The notes: a model not told the origin generated them from the letters alone. 63,484 nt of DNA, filler included, from Octopus bimaculoides (GCF_001194135.2; 6 parts of 5 records of this genome joined end to end with filler, not necessarily neighbours in it); one strand, 5' to 3'; shown: positions 1 to 12,939, counted from the whole stretch's first letter. Numbers and translations: made by a program.

Positions 1-1103
1 ATATATATATATATATATAGAAATATATATATATATATTTATCATGTATATAATCGTACATATAGTTTTACAAACTAACGGATGTATATTTATTTATGTC
101 ATTTTATTTCCTTGTTTCCGCGGCATCTCTCTGTATCACTCTTTCTGCCATCAATCTTTCTCTCTTTCTCTCTTTCTCTGTTTCTCTCTTTCACTCACTC
201 TCTGTCTCTTCCCTGTCACTACCCGCATCTCGCCTCCTGTATGTTTCTGTATTTGAATATCAATGTATATGCGTAGTGTAATCTCAACTCACAAGCTTTT
301 GAAGCTATTTGCATGGAAACTAGATATATTTAATAGGTACTAAAAGATACGACATTTAATCGAAAGATTTCTCGTTGAAAATTACCTCTGATAAAATATA
401 TATCATATAACAGAGACCTTCCTCTTAATTGCAGCCATAATTAATTTTCTCTTTGTTCTTCCCATCAATGCGTAGAGATTTTAACTTTCATACTTCCCTA
501 AAGCTGATATCCTTGTAATACAATCATGAAAAATATCACTCTTTTAATTAATATATGATATAATATGCTATATATATATAGTCCAAAGTGCATTTAATTA
601 TTCCTAAGTTTTCTAATTTATTTTAGCGTTTTCTCTGTTTTAAATGTATCTGTTTGTTTTATTGTTTTTTGTTTTTACATATGCGTTTTTGTAGCGTTTT
701 TATTGCTGAAATATCGTTTACATTGTTTATTTAACATTCACATTAACGGCTAAGCATATATACACAGGCACTGCAGCGTATGCAGGAAGTACTCTCTTCG
801 ACATTACCTCGTCCCTACATTGTTTGCGTTGTAGTCTTGTCCAATGAATTTGAGTGGAATTTTATAGGCACCAATTCTGTTTTATATGATGATAAACAAA
901 TTCAGAAATCTTACCATTGTTCCTGCCACTGGATTGCGACCCAGGCTGAGGTGCTGCTGTGAAGAGTTTACAAAGACAAACCGACTGCCCCTGTGTTTTT
1001 AGGCCTGGTACGTATTTGTCATTAGACGAAAGGTTGAGGTAAACAAAGCAAGAGTTGACGGAAAAAACAAACAAAAGCACAAAATTGTGCAAAAAGATTA
1101 AAA

Positions 1104-1250
1104 TACATTATTTACATTTGACGGATGTTTGTCCTTATCTTGTTTGTTGTTAGCACAACGTTTCCGCTGATATACCCTCCAGCCTTCGCCAGGTGTCTTA
1201 GGGAAATTTCGAACCCGAGTTCTCATTCCTAAGGTAATTTTCAATGTTAT
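1104..1250 (-). repeat. ~150-bp dispersed repeat, copy 1, carrying a degenerate hammerhead motif (1152-1197)
   Basis: Reverse complement matches 37721-37865 and 44998-45114. Core reads GACAC-CTGGCGA-A-GGCTG..CAGCG-GAAAC-GTT-GTGC, mutated in CUGANGA. Confidence 0.85.
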
Positions 1251-1257
1251 TATTATT

Positions 1258-1316
1258 CAGGTTCGAACTCAGTATATTGAGGTTAGTAGCCCGCGCTCTT
1301 AACCACTACGCCATAC
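1258..1316 (-). mobile_element. tRNA-derived SINE head fragment
   Basis: Minus strand TATGGCGTAGTGGTTAAGAGCGCGGG...GAGTTCGAACCTG has A- and B-box motifs but no acceptor-stem 3' end, so it is not a tRNA gene. Confidence 0.6.
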
Positions 1317-2292
1317 CCCCGTGGGCAATTATAGAGTGAATTTTAGGGCCTATAAATCTAATATTTTCCTATCCTTCCTTAATACCGGTTCCTATGTGCT
1401 ACTCATATCTACACTCGGTCTGCTTCGGAGGTTGTTGTGTCCTAGCATATGTGCTGCTGCTTTTAGTTTACATATTTTCCAGCGGTGTTCTCTGTCTATT
1501 ATTTTAACTTCATTACACAGGGGGAGGTGGTCTCCATTTTTCCATACATGATCAGCTATACCCAATTTATCAATATCTCCTCGTGTAACAGCTTTGCAAT
1601 ATTCCTCTACCCTTATTTTGAGGGGGCAACATGTTTCGCCTTTTTATAACCTACCACAGCTGCATTGTACAAGTATAACCAATTTACTTCACTTGAATTT
1701 TAATAATAAAATCTTCTATGGACCTCCAAGAATCATATGGACCCCGGTAGAGAACCAATGGCCTAAACCTTTCAAAGCAATGCCCCATCATGACCGCAGT
1801 CCCATGGCTTAAAGAAGGGGTAGAATGATAAATGGTAAATGGTAAATAATATAAGATAGTAGCATAATCTCATTTCCTTTCCTAATAACTTCGAAGAATT
1901 TTCCATATAAAATTTTTAAATATTTATTCTCTTTTTTGTTTTGTAATGGTTCAACTTATTTAAGAAAAATAATTTCTTTGATGTCAACTAATGGCTGATT
2001 CTCTGATATTTCCAATGGCGAAAAAGAAAATGTTTTTTTTAACTCGGTGCTAAGTGTGTCCCTATTCGAATGCACTTCAGTGAGACATCAGGAGTAACAA
2101 ATTGTATAGTACAGATATTGAGAAGCAACACTTAATATATTAAAAAGATTATTCCCATATTCCGCAATATGCATGAAAAATTCCATCTGTGTGGCACATT
2201 TCTTGTGACACTTAACAACGCTATGTTAGTAAATCCCAACGAGGTCCAACTACAGTTTTAGACTTAATAATGTAAAATATCTACTCTACATA

Positions 2293-2664
2293 GCCGCAGC
2301 CGTGCCTGTATGGTTAAGAAGCCTTTATCCTAAACACTTGGTTCCTGGTTCAGTCCCACTGTATTGTACCTTAGGCAAGTGTCTTCTACTATAGCCGCGC
2401 GTCGATCAAAGCCTTGTGGGTGGAATTAGTAAAGGGAAACAGAACGAAGCTGTTCGTGTGTGTGTGTCTGTCTGTCTGTTCCCCACCACCGGTATTGGTG
2501 TGTTTACGTCCTTGTCACATAGTGGTTCAGCAAATGACACCGAAAGAATGAGTACCATGTTTAAAAAAAAATTCCTGGGGTCGATTAGTTCGACTAAAAT
2601 CCCTTCAAATCAGTGCCCCAGCAAGGCCGCAGTCAAATGGTTGAAGCAAGTAAAAGACGAAAGA
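2293..2664 (+). mobile_element. Full-length SINE, family A (tRNA head, ACCTTGGGCAAGTGTCTTCTACTATAGCC core, internal GT tract)
   Basis: Homologous to copies at 12776, 33772, 35436, 41965, 51315, 57575 and 60226 in this window. Confidence 0.85.
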
Positions 2665-3035
2665 TGTACAAACGTCTAGCGACTAAATTTTCCCCGCTTC
2701 AAGCAAAAGTTGCAGGTCTGTTATGTAAGTCTCCATCTGTTTTACAAAGCGGAAATGTGTAAATAGTATAAAAGTTTAACATATATGCAGTCTTTATGAT
2801 ATGTCATAAAGCTGACATAATTTTCAGTAACATAATAACCGATCGTGTAGATGAACATAACAATACCAATAATTATAAGAATATGAGTTGAAAAAGCGAA
2901 GGAATTACGTCTAACTGTTGAATGAAATGTTTTATGGCTCTTAATGCTTGCATCTGTCATCACTCCAGTTATTGGCCAACTGCAGTGATACATAACCATT
3001 TCTGAAAGGAGATTAACAATTCACCTACAAGACTA

Positions 3036-3250
3036 CGTGTTGGCGCTGAAAAGTTCCTGCGTTTAAGTGTATCGCGGAAGGCTAGGTAGGAGGCTGAACT
3101 TTCCGAGTTCCTTTGCACGGCTTATAAAAACTGAAGGACCGCTGCAATAAGTGTGTGAATCTGAGAGGAGAATACGTTGAATAAAATCATAATTAACTGA
3201 TTCTCTTGTATTTTCTTTTACCCAAGCCTGGAACTTTCCAGCACCCGTCG
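3036..3250. mobile_element. Mariner-type MITE (~215 bp)
   Basis: Imperfect TIRs (..GGCGCTGAAAAGTTCC / GGAACTTTCCAGCACC..) flanked by TA on both sides. Confidence 0.7.
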
Positions 3251-3795
3251 TACATAAAGGAATGGTTCAGAAATATTAGTTTCTTTGATAATTAGGAGGT
3301 CTAATCTATAAACGTCCAAAGCACACCACATACCACAACGACAGATCTGGTTCTCTGTGAAGGGTTAGAGTACAATTATATAGATGTGTGTTTGCGTGTG
3401 TTTGTGTTTATGGGAGTGTATGCTTGTAACAGTGAGAGAGAGAGAAAGTATGTGTCTGTGCATGTGTGACTCTGTGTGTGTCTGTCCATGTGTGACTGTG
3501 TGTGTGTCTGTATGTATTAGACTGTCTGCATGTATGACTGTGTGTGTGCGAATGTCAAAATATTGACTCAAATTAAAATACAAGCAATATACTGAAGTCA
3601 TTCTAATAAATCATGTTTGGTTTTAAAGGTTATATCTATATTCTATGGAATATATCATATTTTACTAAAACCCTGTATATTGCATCGCTGCGAAACAACG
3701 AAAAGATAGATATCTTCCTTTAAAGAAATATAATTTTATTCGCCATTTTAGGAGTTAAATGAGCAAAACAAAAAATGATTTTAAAAATTATAGAG

Positions 3796-4523
3796 TCAGC
3801 GCACTGTTCCCCTACTTTTAGTCTTTAGTCAAAATATAACGTTTGAAACCTGTTTTGAGGCATGTTTTTCCTCAATGGACATTCCGTTGACATTGAAGAT
3901 GCGTAACATACCGAATCGCATCAATCATTTTGCATTTCTCTTCCCAATTTCCAATTGCTATTTACTTATATCCCTAGGTCCCCAACTCATTGCATTTTGC
4001 AGTAATGTTAAAGTATTTTTCTCCAGTTTTTCTGCTGCTGCCTAAAACACTTTATGTGAAGGTATTCACATAATGCTATTCTTACGAAGTGATGACGGTC
4101 TACCACTGACTGAATACAATTCTACAAGGAGAAAATTGTCATCAACAAAATTTTAGAATGTGGCCGAGCAATACAGCAATAATTACACTTGAAACTGTTA
4201 AGAAGATTCTGGAAATGCTGTGGAAGATTCTTAACAAAATACAATGATACATTAGGATTTATGACCATCTTTTTTATCGCTGATTATTTACCGACTTTAT
4301 TAGGTTCTACAAGACAGCAACAACGCCAGGTTAATGATAACGAAAATGATAATTACAATGATTCTTTTGTTATTGCTTTTCTAGTCATCTTATTTTAGTG
4401 CATTCATTAAATGCACGACTACATACTTTAAATGCAACTCTTGGCCTCATGGATTAAAAAAATTGTGATATCAGCGAATTGTTCCCCTACTTTTAGTCTT
4501 TAGTCAAAATGTAACGTTTCAAA
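3796..4523 (+). repeat. Pair of ~50-bp direct repeats (3796-3848, 4471-4523)
   Basis: TGTTCCCCTACTTTTAGTCTTTAGTCAAAAT(A/G)TAACGTTT occurs twice, 675 bp apart. Confidence 0.85.
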
Positions 4524-4643
4524 AAAACCTCTTTGAATCATGCATTGCCTTGTTTTGACTTTGTGTTTTCTATTTTATTAAAATTATTCCTCAGAATATC
4601 TCTTCATCACTCTTTGAGCACGTTTTTTTTAATATTTTGTATA

Positions 4644-6204
4644 CCATGAAACGGTGTTACTTATGAAATAGAAATAAGTTGCAGTCAATACTTGATTACC
4701 TTTTTATATGATTGTTGCTGTTCAAAGTAACCTCTGATCTAGGCTCACTTTGAACAGAAATGTTTTTTATTAACAAATACAAAAGAAAATTCAATGAACA
4801 GTTTTAAGCGTTATAGCACTAAAGAAAGTGACACAGTTATCAGTACGTCACATTTTATATTCCCCATTCTTGCTCAAGTTCAGGGAATCGATAGAAAACC
4901 CTGTTGTTCAGTGAAATCTCTTTTGTTTTCATTTCTACATCTTTCCAGTCGTAGACTAGTTTATCCTCCTTCAGTGACCAACTCAACCATATCTGTTTAC
5001 ATTTTGTCAATGATGACACAAGTCCTCCAGTTGAGATCACTTGACCAGGAAATGTTTGCCCTTCCTACCTCACAATGACAAAGTTTCCAACAAAACTACT
5101 TTGTCTTTCTGTGTTTTCTGCTCTTGCCATATCTGAAGTACCGGAGTGCCTGTCACATTCATTCATAGAAACATCAGTATCCACAGAGTTTAGCTCTTCG
5201 TTATGCACATTCCTTGCTGCTCTCTTTCTCCATGCTTCTCTATAACTGTTGATGGACTGGTGGTCATCATTTCCCTACCAGAAGCACTGATGTTCTCAGC
5301 ACTTATACTTTTGCCAGGAGTGACGTTCAACTTCTTTCGTTTCTTCTTTGGTCTGCTCTCATCCACTCCTCTCATTGACTTTAGCATTCCCAACACAGCA
5401 TCCTAAACTCTTACATTGATGACTTCATCGTTCTTCTTTGCTCACTTCATGGGCTGGTAACTTTGTCTGGATGAAAAGGGTGAATTCCACATTTCATGAA
5501 CCCCTTTTCCAGATTCTTGCTGTGAGTGACACCATCACGAATGAGAGCAGCATGCAGCTGTGCGAGGAGGAGCAGGAAAAGCATCTTTATTTAAGGTCTT
5601 TGAGCTCTTCCTGCTATAAGCCTTCCAGTCACTTAAGATTTTTCTCCATTCTTTTAAGAGGCCCATAGAATGCAAAGTCAAGTGGTTGAACTATATGTGT
5701 GGAACTGGGTGGTAGTAGCTCGCTTACTGCCGAAAACAGTGATCAGAGTTACTTGGAACGGCGTTCAAAGTAACCCCACTGGATAATCAAAGGAGGGACA
5801 TGTCATGTTATACAGGTTTTTACAAAGATACCAAAGTTATAAAAACACTTCAATAGAAAATTCTTAACTAGATACATTAACATATTTTACCAAAATCTTG
5901 TATCTTTTATGTAAGAAGTTCTTTAGCTTCTGACAAAAATATTCATAACTTGCAAAAATGTTCTTTTTTTTTACTGGTATTTAAAGAACTTGACAAATTC
6001 TTTCTTTGAGTTGATAATCAAAGTTACATTTACAAATTTTACTTTAATGTATTGAAATTATATTATCATAGAAATATAATTCTAAAGTTTAACAACAAAT
6101 TTAAACAATTCTGTCTGAAATTTTAGTAACAAGCAATAAGAAGAAACAAAATATAATGTTTTGTTCAAAGTTACCCAGGTGTTCAAAGTAACCCCATCTC
6201 ATGG
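4644..6204 (-). mobile_element. Internally deleted pogo/Tigger-like (DDE_1 family) DNA transposon
   Basis: TIRs CCATGA(A/G)A(C/T)GG(T/G)GTTACTT with TA TSD. Minus-strand frameshifted remnant LPPSSTHIVQPLDFAFYGPLK..WRKILSDWK..NLEKGFMKCGIHPF (~5470-5720) and PKKKRKKLNVTPGKS (5190-5396). Confidence 0.85.
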
Positions 6205-6269
6205 TATGCGAAGTTTCCCGGAGCTTTGAGCAGGTATTAATATATATCTGCTTGTAATTTATCATTTCT

Positions 6270-6507
6270 TATTTATTTATTGCCCACAAGGGGCTAGACA
6301 TAGAGGGGGTTAACAAGGATAGACAAAGGGATTAAGTCGATTACATTGACCCCAGTGCGTAACTGATACTTAATTTATCGACCCCGAAAGGATGAAAGGC
6401 AAATTCGACCTCGTCGAAATGTGAACTCAGGACGTAACTGCAGACGAAATACCACTAAGCCTTTTGCCCGGTGTACTAACGTTTCTGCCAGCTCGCCGCC
6501 TTATATA
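6270..6507 (-). mobile_element. SINE family B (GGCGGCGAGCTGGCAGAA head; GCCTTTCATCCTTTCGGGGTCGATAAA core) with 16-bp TSD
   Basis: TSD GTAATTTATCATTTCT at 6254-6269 and 6508-6523; homologous to copies at 19515, 37045, 59885, 60390 and 61912. Confidence 0.9.
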
Positions 6508-7140
6508 GTAATTTATCATTTCTGATAACATTTATTGTATGTTATGTTTCTACTCTCAGTCAGTCTCCACATCGCCAATTCCATAACTTGAACAAAATCT
6601 TAATTTCTTATAGAGACATCTTATCGTTCGTTGCGACATATACTTCAGTTAGATGCTACTTTCTTTTCTTGCGCTTCTTAATAAAAGAACATTCAGTGAT
6701 TAGACCCAATCATTTATTCTATGTTCATTTACATGTCCTGGTGTATGGCGTTTTCGCCAATCACTAATATCATTTCCCCGTGTATATTTGTAACAACTCT
6801 TTTGTGTCGATAATTCATAACGCCAGCATAATTTCAAAATTCTGAAATCCTTAACCACGTTGTACTTGTAAATATATTCCCTATTGGCTAAACTGGGCAA
6901 CAGGTGACAATGCTGTTAATTATTTATTCATAACCTCCTGATATTCTGTAGTTGCATAATGTATTTTCCTTCATTATGAACATCTAGTAGTTTCTTGCGG
7001 GTACGACTTCATCCTTCTCTGCAATCAAAAATCTTCCTACTTCAGTCTTCGATCATCTTCTGCTGCACACGCAGTAGTAATACTTTGTAATGTATGTACA
7101 GTCAATGAAAAATATGCATACATACAAAAATGCAAACATA

Positions 7141-8409
7141 CGAGGATATACCCAAAAGAAACCGGAATTTTGCAATATTTTATTCACTTTCTTTACATGT
7201 TTAGACTTTTATCGTCTTCAAAGTATTATCCATTTGAAGCAATGCATCGGAACTTTTGCGAAGTGACGTCTTTTAACGCCTGCGTCGTTTTTTCTTTACC
7301 TCTGCAACATCTGCAAAACGTTTACATTTAAGGAATTTTTCCTTAAGGGAACACAGAAAAGTCGCAGGGAGCAAGGTCTGGTGAATAGGAAGGGATGATA
7401 AGCAACGTTATGCCATTCTTGGTCAAAAGCTCTCTCACAGTCCAGGCAGTGTGCGCAGACGCGTTGTCGTAATAAAACCACCACTCTCCGCTTTGTCATA
7501 AGTCAGGGCATTTTCGTCTCACCTCGTCTCGCTCATTCTTCAGAACTTCCAACCAAAATGTCTGGTTAACAGTTTGACCAGGAAGAACAAATTCTGTGTG
7601 GACATTTCCTTTCGCATCGATGAAATACATCAGCGTCGTCTTGACATTGGATTTCTCTTGACGCGCTTTTTTAGGGTCGTGGAATATTGAAGATTTCCGT
7701 TGACTTGATCACTGCTTCGTTTCCGTGTCGTAGCTGTATTACCAGCTTTTATCACCACTGATAACCTTCATAAAAAAGGTCTGGATCAACTTCCAACTGT
7801 TCTTTCAGTTCACGACACGTATTCGTGACTGCTTGTGATCTTCCATGAGCAAGTAAGGGACAAATTTTGCTGCAACTCTTTTCATACGCAATTCCTCGCT
7901 CAAAATTCGTTGGGAGAAGCTCCAGAACAACAGCGGTCATATCAACAAGTACGTCAATTGTTCGGCAACGATCTTCCAAGATCAGATCATGAATTTTCGA
8001 GATGCTTTTATTCGTTCGGAAGATCGACGTTCTCCCTGAACAAGGTTGGTCTTCAAGCGACAAGTAACCATTCCTAAAGTTGTGAAAACCACTCGTAAAG
8101 TTGTGCTTTGTTCATGGCAGCGTCCTTGTAAGCTGTTTGAAATATGACAACTGTTTTGGCCGCCGTTTGCCCCAGCAGAAAACAGAACTTCACGGAAGGA
8201 TGCAGTTCCTTCGTTTCATCTATCGTAACAATCGACGAACAGGGAAGAAACGCTGCGAAACAATGATGCACCACGTCGCAGTATGCCTTTACCCGATGAC
8301 GCAGGTCAGCAGCCTGATGTCTGGGGATCGCATCAAGTAGTTTCTAGTGACAGAAGTCTGAACTGCATCTAGCGTACCTCGTTTCCGGTTACTTTGGGGT
8401 AACTCCTCG
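7141..8409 (-). mobile_element. Full-length degenerate mariner element (1269 bp)
   Basis: TIRs CGAGGA..ACCC.AAAG.AACCGGAA with TA TSD. Broken transposase on the minus strand: VKFCFLLGQTAAKT..YEWF (HTH), SLEDQPCSGR..LILEDRCRTI, WFYYDNA. Confidence 0.92.
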
Positions 8410-9131
8410 TACATATGTGTGTGTGTATGTGTATGTGTGTGTACACAAATGCATATGTATATATGTGTATGCATGCGTATGTTCATGTGTGAATGTGTCT
8501 GCGTGTGTGTGTTTGTGCCCTTATTCACTCTCCATGCATGGAAACAATCTCCGTACATTCATTTAGTTGACAATATGGAAAATATCAAAATTGATTTGAC
8601 CACGAATAAATAGAATTAGTGCGCTAATATAGTTTGTTGGCAATATGTAGAATCTCAAAATATATCTGACTGTGAACTAATATCATTAGTGATTTAACAT
8701 AGTTATATATTTAGGTGACCATATAAAGACGAAGATCAAAATTGATTTGACCTTTAACTAATACCTTTAGTGAATTAACGGAATTCGAAATACGGGGATG
8801 AAAATCAAAATCTATTTAAACCTGAAATAATATACTTTACGATCTAATATAGTTAATGCATTATCTAGAAACGTTACACTTTGCACTCTTCACGGTAATC
8901 AACTTTCCATGAATATGCCTTTGATTCGTACAGTACACAGTTTGAAAAACTTTTACTTTGTAAATATATACGAAGGCGTTGATTTTATTTAACGTATTCA
9001 CCTCAAATTCATACACTTATTGCAGCGATCCTTCAGTTTTACTAAGCCCTGTAAAAGAACTCGTAAGCTTGGGCTTCCAATCAGGCCTTTTGCGATGCAT
9101 TTGAAGCCAGAACCTTTCAGTATTTTTAGCA

Positions 9132-9170
<39 letters not shown>

Positions 9171-9172
<2 letters not shown>

Positions 9173-9448
9173 CCTATTTGAAAATGATACCAGGCTTACT
9201 ATCCCTACAGGAAGTGCATAAAATCGTGTTAACTGGAACGACTAATGTACTGAGAAGAGCATTATCACTGTGAAAACAACATCCATTCATGATTTTTTTA
9301 ATTTATTAATTTTTTTTTAAATATATATTTTACCTGTAAATTTGCGTGTGTAAACTGGGAATGCGTACAATGAGCTTCTCTGCCCTAGGTGTACGGAAAA
9401 CACTCGGCGAGAACTGGAAGAAAATTTGAAGAAAGAAGAAAAAACAAC
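9171..9448 (+). mobile_element. 5'-truncated R4/Dong-clade non-LTR retrotransposon 3' end inserted in (TAA)n
   Basis: TYLKMIPGLLSLQEVHKIVLTGTTNVLRRALSL* matches the RLE C-terminus of the other R4 fragments here; (TAA)n on both sides (~9134-9170, ~9449-9500). Confidence 0.7.
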
Positions 9449-9503
<55 letters not shown>

Positions 9504-9507
9504 ACTT

Positions 9508-9580
9508 CCGGGGAAGTTTAACAGACCGGGGAAGTTTAACATAAGACCGGGGAAGTTTAACAGACCGGGGAAGTTTAACA
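9508..9580 (+). repeat. Tandem repeat CCGGGGAAGTTTAACA(TAA)GA x4 (18/21/18/partial)
   Basis: Units read directly; there are no unique spacers. Confidence 0.95.
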
Positions 9581-10077
9581 TGTGAGAACGATAAATCACT
9601 GCTCCGAAACTTATCCAAAAACATCGGAAATAAAGACATCGCATTGAGCCAAAAAATAGCTGACAAAGGGTTGGACTATATCCGAGTAAGTAATACTCAT
9701 TGAAATTTATTTCTATTTTTCCAAATATAATGATGTATTTTAACTTGATACCTCCACTATCCGCACAGCGATCGTAAACACACGTGTTACATCAAAATCA
9801 AACGATCTTCGAACCCCAAAACACCATGTACAAAACAATTACAAACAGATTAAATAACACCGGTATTATTACACCCAAGAATAACAACCGAGAAGTGCGT
9901 ACTGTAAGCTTGTTACAAAAAAAATACGAAGATCTGAACGTGCAAAACAATCTGACAACAGAAATAAACGAACCGATNNNNNNNNNNNNNNNNNNNNNNN
10001 NNNNNNNNNNNNNNNNNNNNNTTAATTAATTAANNNNNNNNNNNNNNNNNNNNNNNNNNNNNNNNNNNNNNNNNNNN

Positions 10078-10131
<54 letters not shown>

Positions 10132-10333
10132 CATACATACATACATATTCCCCGATTCCAATTGCCCATCAAACATAATGTTCAAGAATTGAAATCACGA
10201 GATGGTAATGTTCTGCATGGTCGAGGATCCAGAAATAATCTCACCTGTACTGTTTGCAGTCGCATTACTCTTCCAAAGCTGGATTTGTCATCTGCGAAAG
10301 GTTACATAGAGAGAAACCAGCTCTGCAATGTGC

Positions 10334-10409
10334 TCATACACACTCAAATCCAACACCAGCGCAGCATTGCTGCCCTTTGTGTCCAAAAGTGTGTTTATCT
10401 ATAAGTAAG
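10334..10409 (-). CDS. Candidate terminal coding exon 5 (LLIDKHTFGHKGQQCCAGVGFECV*)
   Basis: Acceptor aattgattttcag|, phase-2 entry open to TGA at 10336-10334. No AATAAA seen before the gap at ~10076. A competing donor (CAG|gtgag at 10245/10244) lies downstream. Confidence 0.35.
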
Positions 10410-10639
10410 CTGAAAATCAATTTTGGATTATCGTAGAAGGAAAGAACAAGTTTTCGTATAGTTCTCGACCAAATTATACGTCCTACATTTGTCACGAAAT
10501 TTCAAAATATGATCAGGGTTAGATAATTATATGGAGGCTCTTGGTATAAATCGCATAAAGCCTATGGCAGGAATGCATCTGGAATGACAAAGTGGTTAAA
10601 CCTAACATTGAGTTGACGACTAGTTGCACGTGTACGCTT

Positions 10640-10703
<64 letters not shown>

Positions 10704-12775
10704 NNNNNNNNNNNNNNNNNNNNNNNNNNNNNNNNNNNNNNNNNNNNNNNNNNNNNNNNNNNNNNNNNNNNNNNNNNNNNNNNNNNNNNNNNNNNNNNNN
10801 NNNNNNNNNNNNNNNNNNNNNNNNNNNNNNNNNNNNNNNNNNNNNNNNNNNNNNNNNNNNNNNNNNNNNNNNNNNNNNNNNNNNNNNNNNNNNNNNNNNN
10901 NNNNNNNNNNNNNNNNNNNNNNNNNNNNNNNNNNNNNNNNNNNNNNNNNNNNNNNNNNNNNNNNNNNNNNNNNNNNNNNNNNNNNNGATAGAAATGGCAA
11001 GACAACAAAAGAACGAAAGATATATATATATATATATATATATATGCATTTATATATCCATACGTATATACATACGCATATACATCATGAAATGATGGAT
11101 ATTTATTAGATAAACCATGTCCATTATGGAAACTTATGTACAACAGCCATTTACATGAATCTTTCTAAATATTATACTAAATTACTGGTTGGATTTTCTA
11201 CGATATGAACTGATAAACTAGCATGCCGGGTAAAATGCTTTACTAGTTTAGCATTGGGGTCTATGTAACCGACTTTGCTGGCATTGTTCCAAAATACGAA
11301 ACCAATATTTGCTTCCTTCTCCCTAGTTATGGCCTTTATCATTCTTTATGATTCGTCATAATCTAATGAATTCTTTCAACATTTATTTACATTTATAGTC
11401 TTCATATTCTAAAATCATTACAGCAGTTAGCCTATCTACTGAACAGTAGGTTACCTATCTACTGAACCTATATGATTTTAATTGATTTGCCTTATTTATT
11501 GTGACAATATTGGTTACCAGAAACGTGAGAATTCATGGCAGTTTTTTTTTGTTTTTGTTTTTCGGGATTACCAATTCTGTTTTACCCTCTCTATTTTTCT
11601 GGTCTTTCAGCTTGTAGTTCCATAACATTTACATAATTGGTGTCTATAAATGTCGATATTTAACTAACATGAATTTATGAATTTGTAAATTCACTTTCCT
11701 ATTTGATTTATTGAATTCTGTTTCTATTTAAGCATTTATAAGTTATAATTGCTGGCAGTGTGATTATAGCTATCTCTATATATTAATTATTTTATTTCCT
11801 TTATCTTCATCTGCTTCTTCCCTCGATCTCCACTGAAATTTCGCAGAGACCTTCGCTAATCTGCGGTTTTCCTTAAGTTATTTTCCCTGAAGAATAAATA
11901 GCTGGACCTCCATTAATTCGAACGAATACTCTATTAGTTCTGCAATAATTAACCGGAACTCTTTAATCATTTTAAATTAAGTAAGCGAATATGTAACGCA
12001 AGAATTTATTAAGCATGACACATCTAATGTACTAAACAATATAACGCAGTAAATAATTGTTCTACAGCAACTTCGACAACAGTTTTGGAATATGTTTTGA
12101 GATGGTTAAATGTTATGCTTGGTGCCTGCTATCTGCCGGTATACAGGCATGTTTTTGCAGGACCAGACTTTATGAGTGAGGTCCTTAATCTTAATTACAC
12201 CTTTAGAACAGAATTACCTTACAAGTTTCTTTAATTTACAACATCATTCTTCTATCCACTCTTGATGACTGACAGAGTGTAGATCCACCCGCTATACATT
12301 TCTTTAATGTTGGTAATGCTGATTAGAAGTTCCACTTGTTGAGGATTTGTTGAATAACCATCATATCACTACTTGTTTGTTTATTTGTTAATCCTGATAA
12401 GTTGAGTGTCGCGTAAAATATAACATAATATTTAGGACGTTATGGAAACTGCAGTCCTGATTGTACCATATTTACTACACAACAAAAACACTTAGAACAA
12501 TTGTACCAATTCCAGATAATCCATTCGTCTGTTTTCATTTGTTTTTACGTCATGCTTAAGTTTCCATTCATCGTTGGACACTTCTGTATATTATTCGAGC
12601 TGAGAATTATCAGCCAGACCAACAGTGAACTTCTCTTTAGCGATGTAGTCCGTGCTATGATAATGGAGTACATAACAGTCTGATTTGCATCATTCTGTCC
12701 AGCCAAGAAGTGTGACGTGCTTCCCTTTCATAAGTCTTGATTCTTTATGGATCCCCTTTAATCAAACATACAATT

Positions 12776-12939
12776 ACAGGCACAGGCGTGGTAATGTGGT
12801 AAGAATCTTGCTTCCTAACCACATGTTTCCGGATTCAGTCCTACTGCAAAGCACCTTGGGCAAGTATCTTCTACTATAGCCTTGGGCCAACCAAAGCCTT
12901 GTGAGTGGATTTCGTAGATGGCCACTGAAAGAAGCCCGT

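Noticed and set aside
1258-1316. tRNA gene
   Set aside because: Has A and B boxes but no closing acceptor stem; it is a SINE head.
9508-9580. Short repeats as a possible CRISPR array (also 50744-50856)
   Set aside because: No unique spacers, eukaryotic context, no cas genes.
10022-10033. TTAATTAATTAA island inside an N run (also at 20604, 25828, 56621, 61791)
   Set aside because: An identical 12-mer centred in gaps with stops in all six frames is an artificial scaffolding spacer, not biology.
10245-10398. Alternative frame INTLLDTK..FRR*QIQLWKSNATANST ending at a strong CAG|gtgag donor
   Set aside because: Contains an in-frame TGA and needs phase-0 entry, unlike exon 4. Kept only as a caveat on exon 5.
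12230-12380. Ig-like motif ELLISITNIKEMYSGWIYT on the minus strand
   Set aside because: Bounded by stops, lacks the conserved Cys, and has no usable splice sites.
12507-12679. Protein-like minus-strand frame CYVLHYHSTD..QLE*YTEVSNDEWK..YLEL; idea that A-to-I editing converts the TAA (12593-12591) to Trp
   Set aside because: Weak acceptor, no open frame, and phases do not fit the gene model. Stop-to-Trp editing is unsupported without RNA data.
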